Origin: Phoronis australis
Taxonomy: Eukaryota; Animalia; Phoronida
DNA length: 64,000 nt
Direction of reading: 5' to 3'
Assembly (NCBI GenBank): GCA_002633005.1
Contig: NMRA01000146.1
Span: forward strand, 555,981-619,980
A model generated the notes under the pieces. That model did not search any database, had not been told where the DNA came from, and saw nothing but the letters and a program-made list of their open reading frames with translations. Positions 62,161 to 64,000 of the stretch are shown here, piece by piece. Made by a program: the position numbers and the translations under genes. The first letter of the stretch is position 1. Every line of letters starts with the position of its first letter.

Positions 62161-62405
62161 GGTTCGTCAAATTGATGCCGTGTCAGCCCGCAGTTACTTC
62201 CTACATGAATATTTAGAAGACGTATACGAAAAGTGTTGAGCAAAAGGGTGTTTTTTTCACAGCAAAAATACTCGCCAACACGGTGCCATTTGCGACAAAA
62301 TTCTATCTAAAAGGTTATTTTCGTAATTTCTGGAACACAGCTGTGCGAAAATGTGAATTTTTACAAATAAATACTTTCTTAATGGGTCACTATTTTGTCT
62401 GAACC

Positions 62406-62815
62406 CACCCTTACAAAAATGAACTTAAGTTTTTCGCTTAAAACTTAAGTTTTTGGAGAAAAAAATTAAGTTTTTGGAAAATAATTTAAGTTTTAGAGGA
62501 AAAACTTAAGTTCTTCCGAAAAAATTAAGTTTTTAAAAGAAACTTAAGTTTATAAAACTTAAGTTTTTTTCAGCACAATGTTAAGTTTTCCAGAAAACTT
62601 AAGTTTTTCAGAAAACTTAAGTTTGTTCAGGTGTAAAACTTAAGTTTCCACAAATAAACTTAAGTTTCAAGTAATAACTTAAGTTTTCATGAAAACATAA
62701 GTTTTTTGAACTAACAAAACTTAAGTTTTTCTGATAACTTAAGTTTATCGCAAAACTTAAGTTTTTGTAATTTTAAAAACTTAAGTTTTCCTGACTTCTT
62801 AAGTTTTTCAGAAAA
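62406..62815. repeat. Array of the palindrome AAAACTTAAGTTTT with short variable spacers; probably a subterminal repeat of a CACTA/EnSpm-type non-autonomous element
   Basis: More than 15 copies of aa(c/a/t)ttaagttt at a period of roughly 15-28 bp, preceded by CACCCTTACAAAAA. Confidence 0.8.
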
Positions 62816-64000
62816 CTGGATTCATGTTTGGAAATCTGGAATTTTCTAAGAACTCTGAGGTTTCTATGTGATGAAATTTACGTTTTCTAGTTTTTAAAAT
62901 TTGAATATAGTGAGATATTTTTTAATTTTTGGTTCAAAAATTTTCCCATTATTTTTCATCAAAAAATAATTATTTGCTCATGCAAAACCCATCGTCTCAT
63001 AAAAATGTTGCCCGAACGTTTCCTTAACATTTATATAGATACAAACCATAAAAGGACGAAAGTTTAACCAGTACTGATTTAGTGCAATTACGTAATCATT
63101 ATCGCACGTGAATTTAAATGTAGACGAACATCCGGTGACCAACAGCAGTAAGAATGTACCCAATGTTAATCCCCTGAGACACTGAACCGGTCAGCACAAT
63201 CTAATCAAAAGAACTCATCTAATTCTTAAAAAACGTAGTTATTGTGCAAGTTTCCTTTGTGTTGAGTTGTATTCGTAAGGCAGTTTCCACCGGAAGTCAA
63301 CAGTTTGAATTTTATAACGACAGTCAACTTCGAAGAAAAAGTCGTGTGTTGGGTAGCCCGCGACAATGAAGTTTATGTTACTACGAGCAGAGCCAGATAG
63401 AAGATATTTCACAAGTTTTGGAAGTCAGGTTAGCGCCAGAGAGCGTTCTAAAATCGATTGGCCACAATGGGTGGTGTGATTTCCAACGAACGTTCAGTTG
63501 TTATTGTCAGCCACTAACGAGTCACGCTGTCACATATGGACTCATTCTGTGTGTGAATTATCTAAACTGCTAACGCGTAATATACTTCTGGAGGTCCATC
63601 AGAGGAAGCCATAACGTTCACATAAGGCTGTTACTCTATTATATTTCTGCCTTCTGAGGTTGTGTCAGTGTGATCAATGCAAGGGGGGACTACCAAGGCA
63701 AAGTGTAATCATTTCCCAAGTTGGGTATATTGGCATTGGTTGTGTGTGCTTATGTCTATGATCGTAGTAATTCTTGGAAGCTCCTGATTTTGAAATCTCA
63801 TATCACTACAGGTCAATAATATGCAAGGTTCACTTGCCTCATCCACGCACCCATCCTAAAATATATGGGAGTGCTAAAAATTTTGGGCATGTTGAACTTT
63901 TACTAAAAAAATGGGGTATGTTCTGAGCTGTGCACAGTGCATTCCTGAATTACAGCTTCATAGTGGACATGTGTCTCGTTTTCTCAATTTCTTTTTGTTT

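Noticed and set aside
62406-62815. CRISPR array
   Set aside because: The repeats are palindromic but only about 14 bp, spacers are only a few to ~14 bp and A/T-rich, there are no cas genes, and the context is eukaryotic.
1-64000. Prokaryotic operon or defence system (e.g. retron or DGR around the RT)
   Set aside because: Low coding density, spliceosomal introns and metazoan transposon families; the RTs are LINE, Gypsy and DIRS types.

Overview
This is AT-rich, intron- and transposon-rich eukaryotic DNA, most consistent with an invertebrate animal; the taxon cannot be fixed from the sequence. One assembly gap is present (N, 7053-7451). The only intact-looking coding sequence is a chain of six minus-strand exons spread over about 38 kb. 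Each has canonical AG/GT boundaries, is symmetric phase 1-1 and joins the next in frame: one olfactomedin-like (OLF) exon (39210-40040), three PAN/apple-like exons (26449-26691, 25017-25280, 14719-14958) and two Cys-containing fibronectin type III (FN3) exons (2905-3162, 1892-2149). Together they predict a 698-codon fragment of an extracellular OLF-PAN-PAN-PAN-FN3-FN3 mosaic protein, an architecture I do not recognise. Neither its start nor its stop is securely in the window. The rest is mostly decayed mobile DNA. It includes an RTEX-like LINE, a full-span Mag-like Gypsy element with a nested solo LTR, DIRS and CR1-like fragments, Helentron-type (HINE) repeats, a Kolobok-like element and several MITEs. 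There is also an 11-kb nest in which an Academ-like transposon with tandem-repeat TIRs carries a Harbinger-like MITE (itself containing a hAT-like MITE) and a Sola3-like element. All family assignments come from motif recognition by eye, not database searches.
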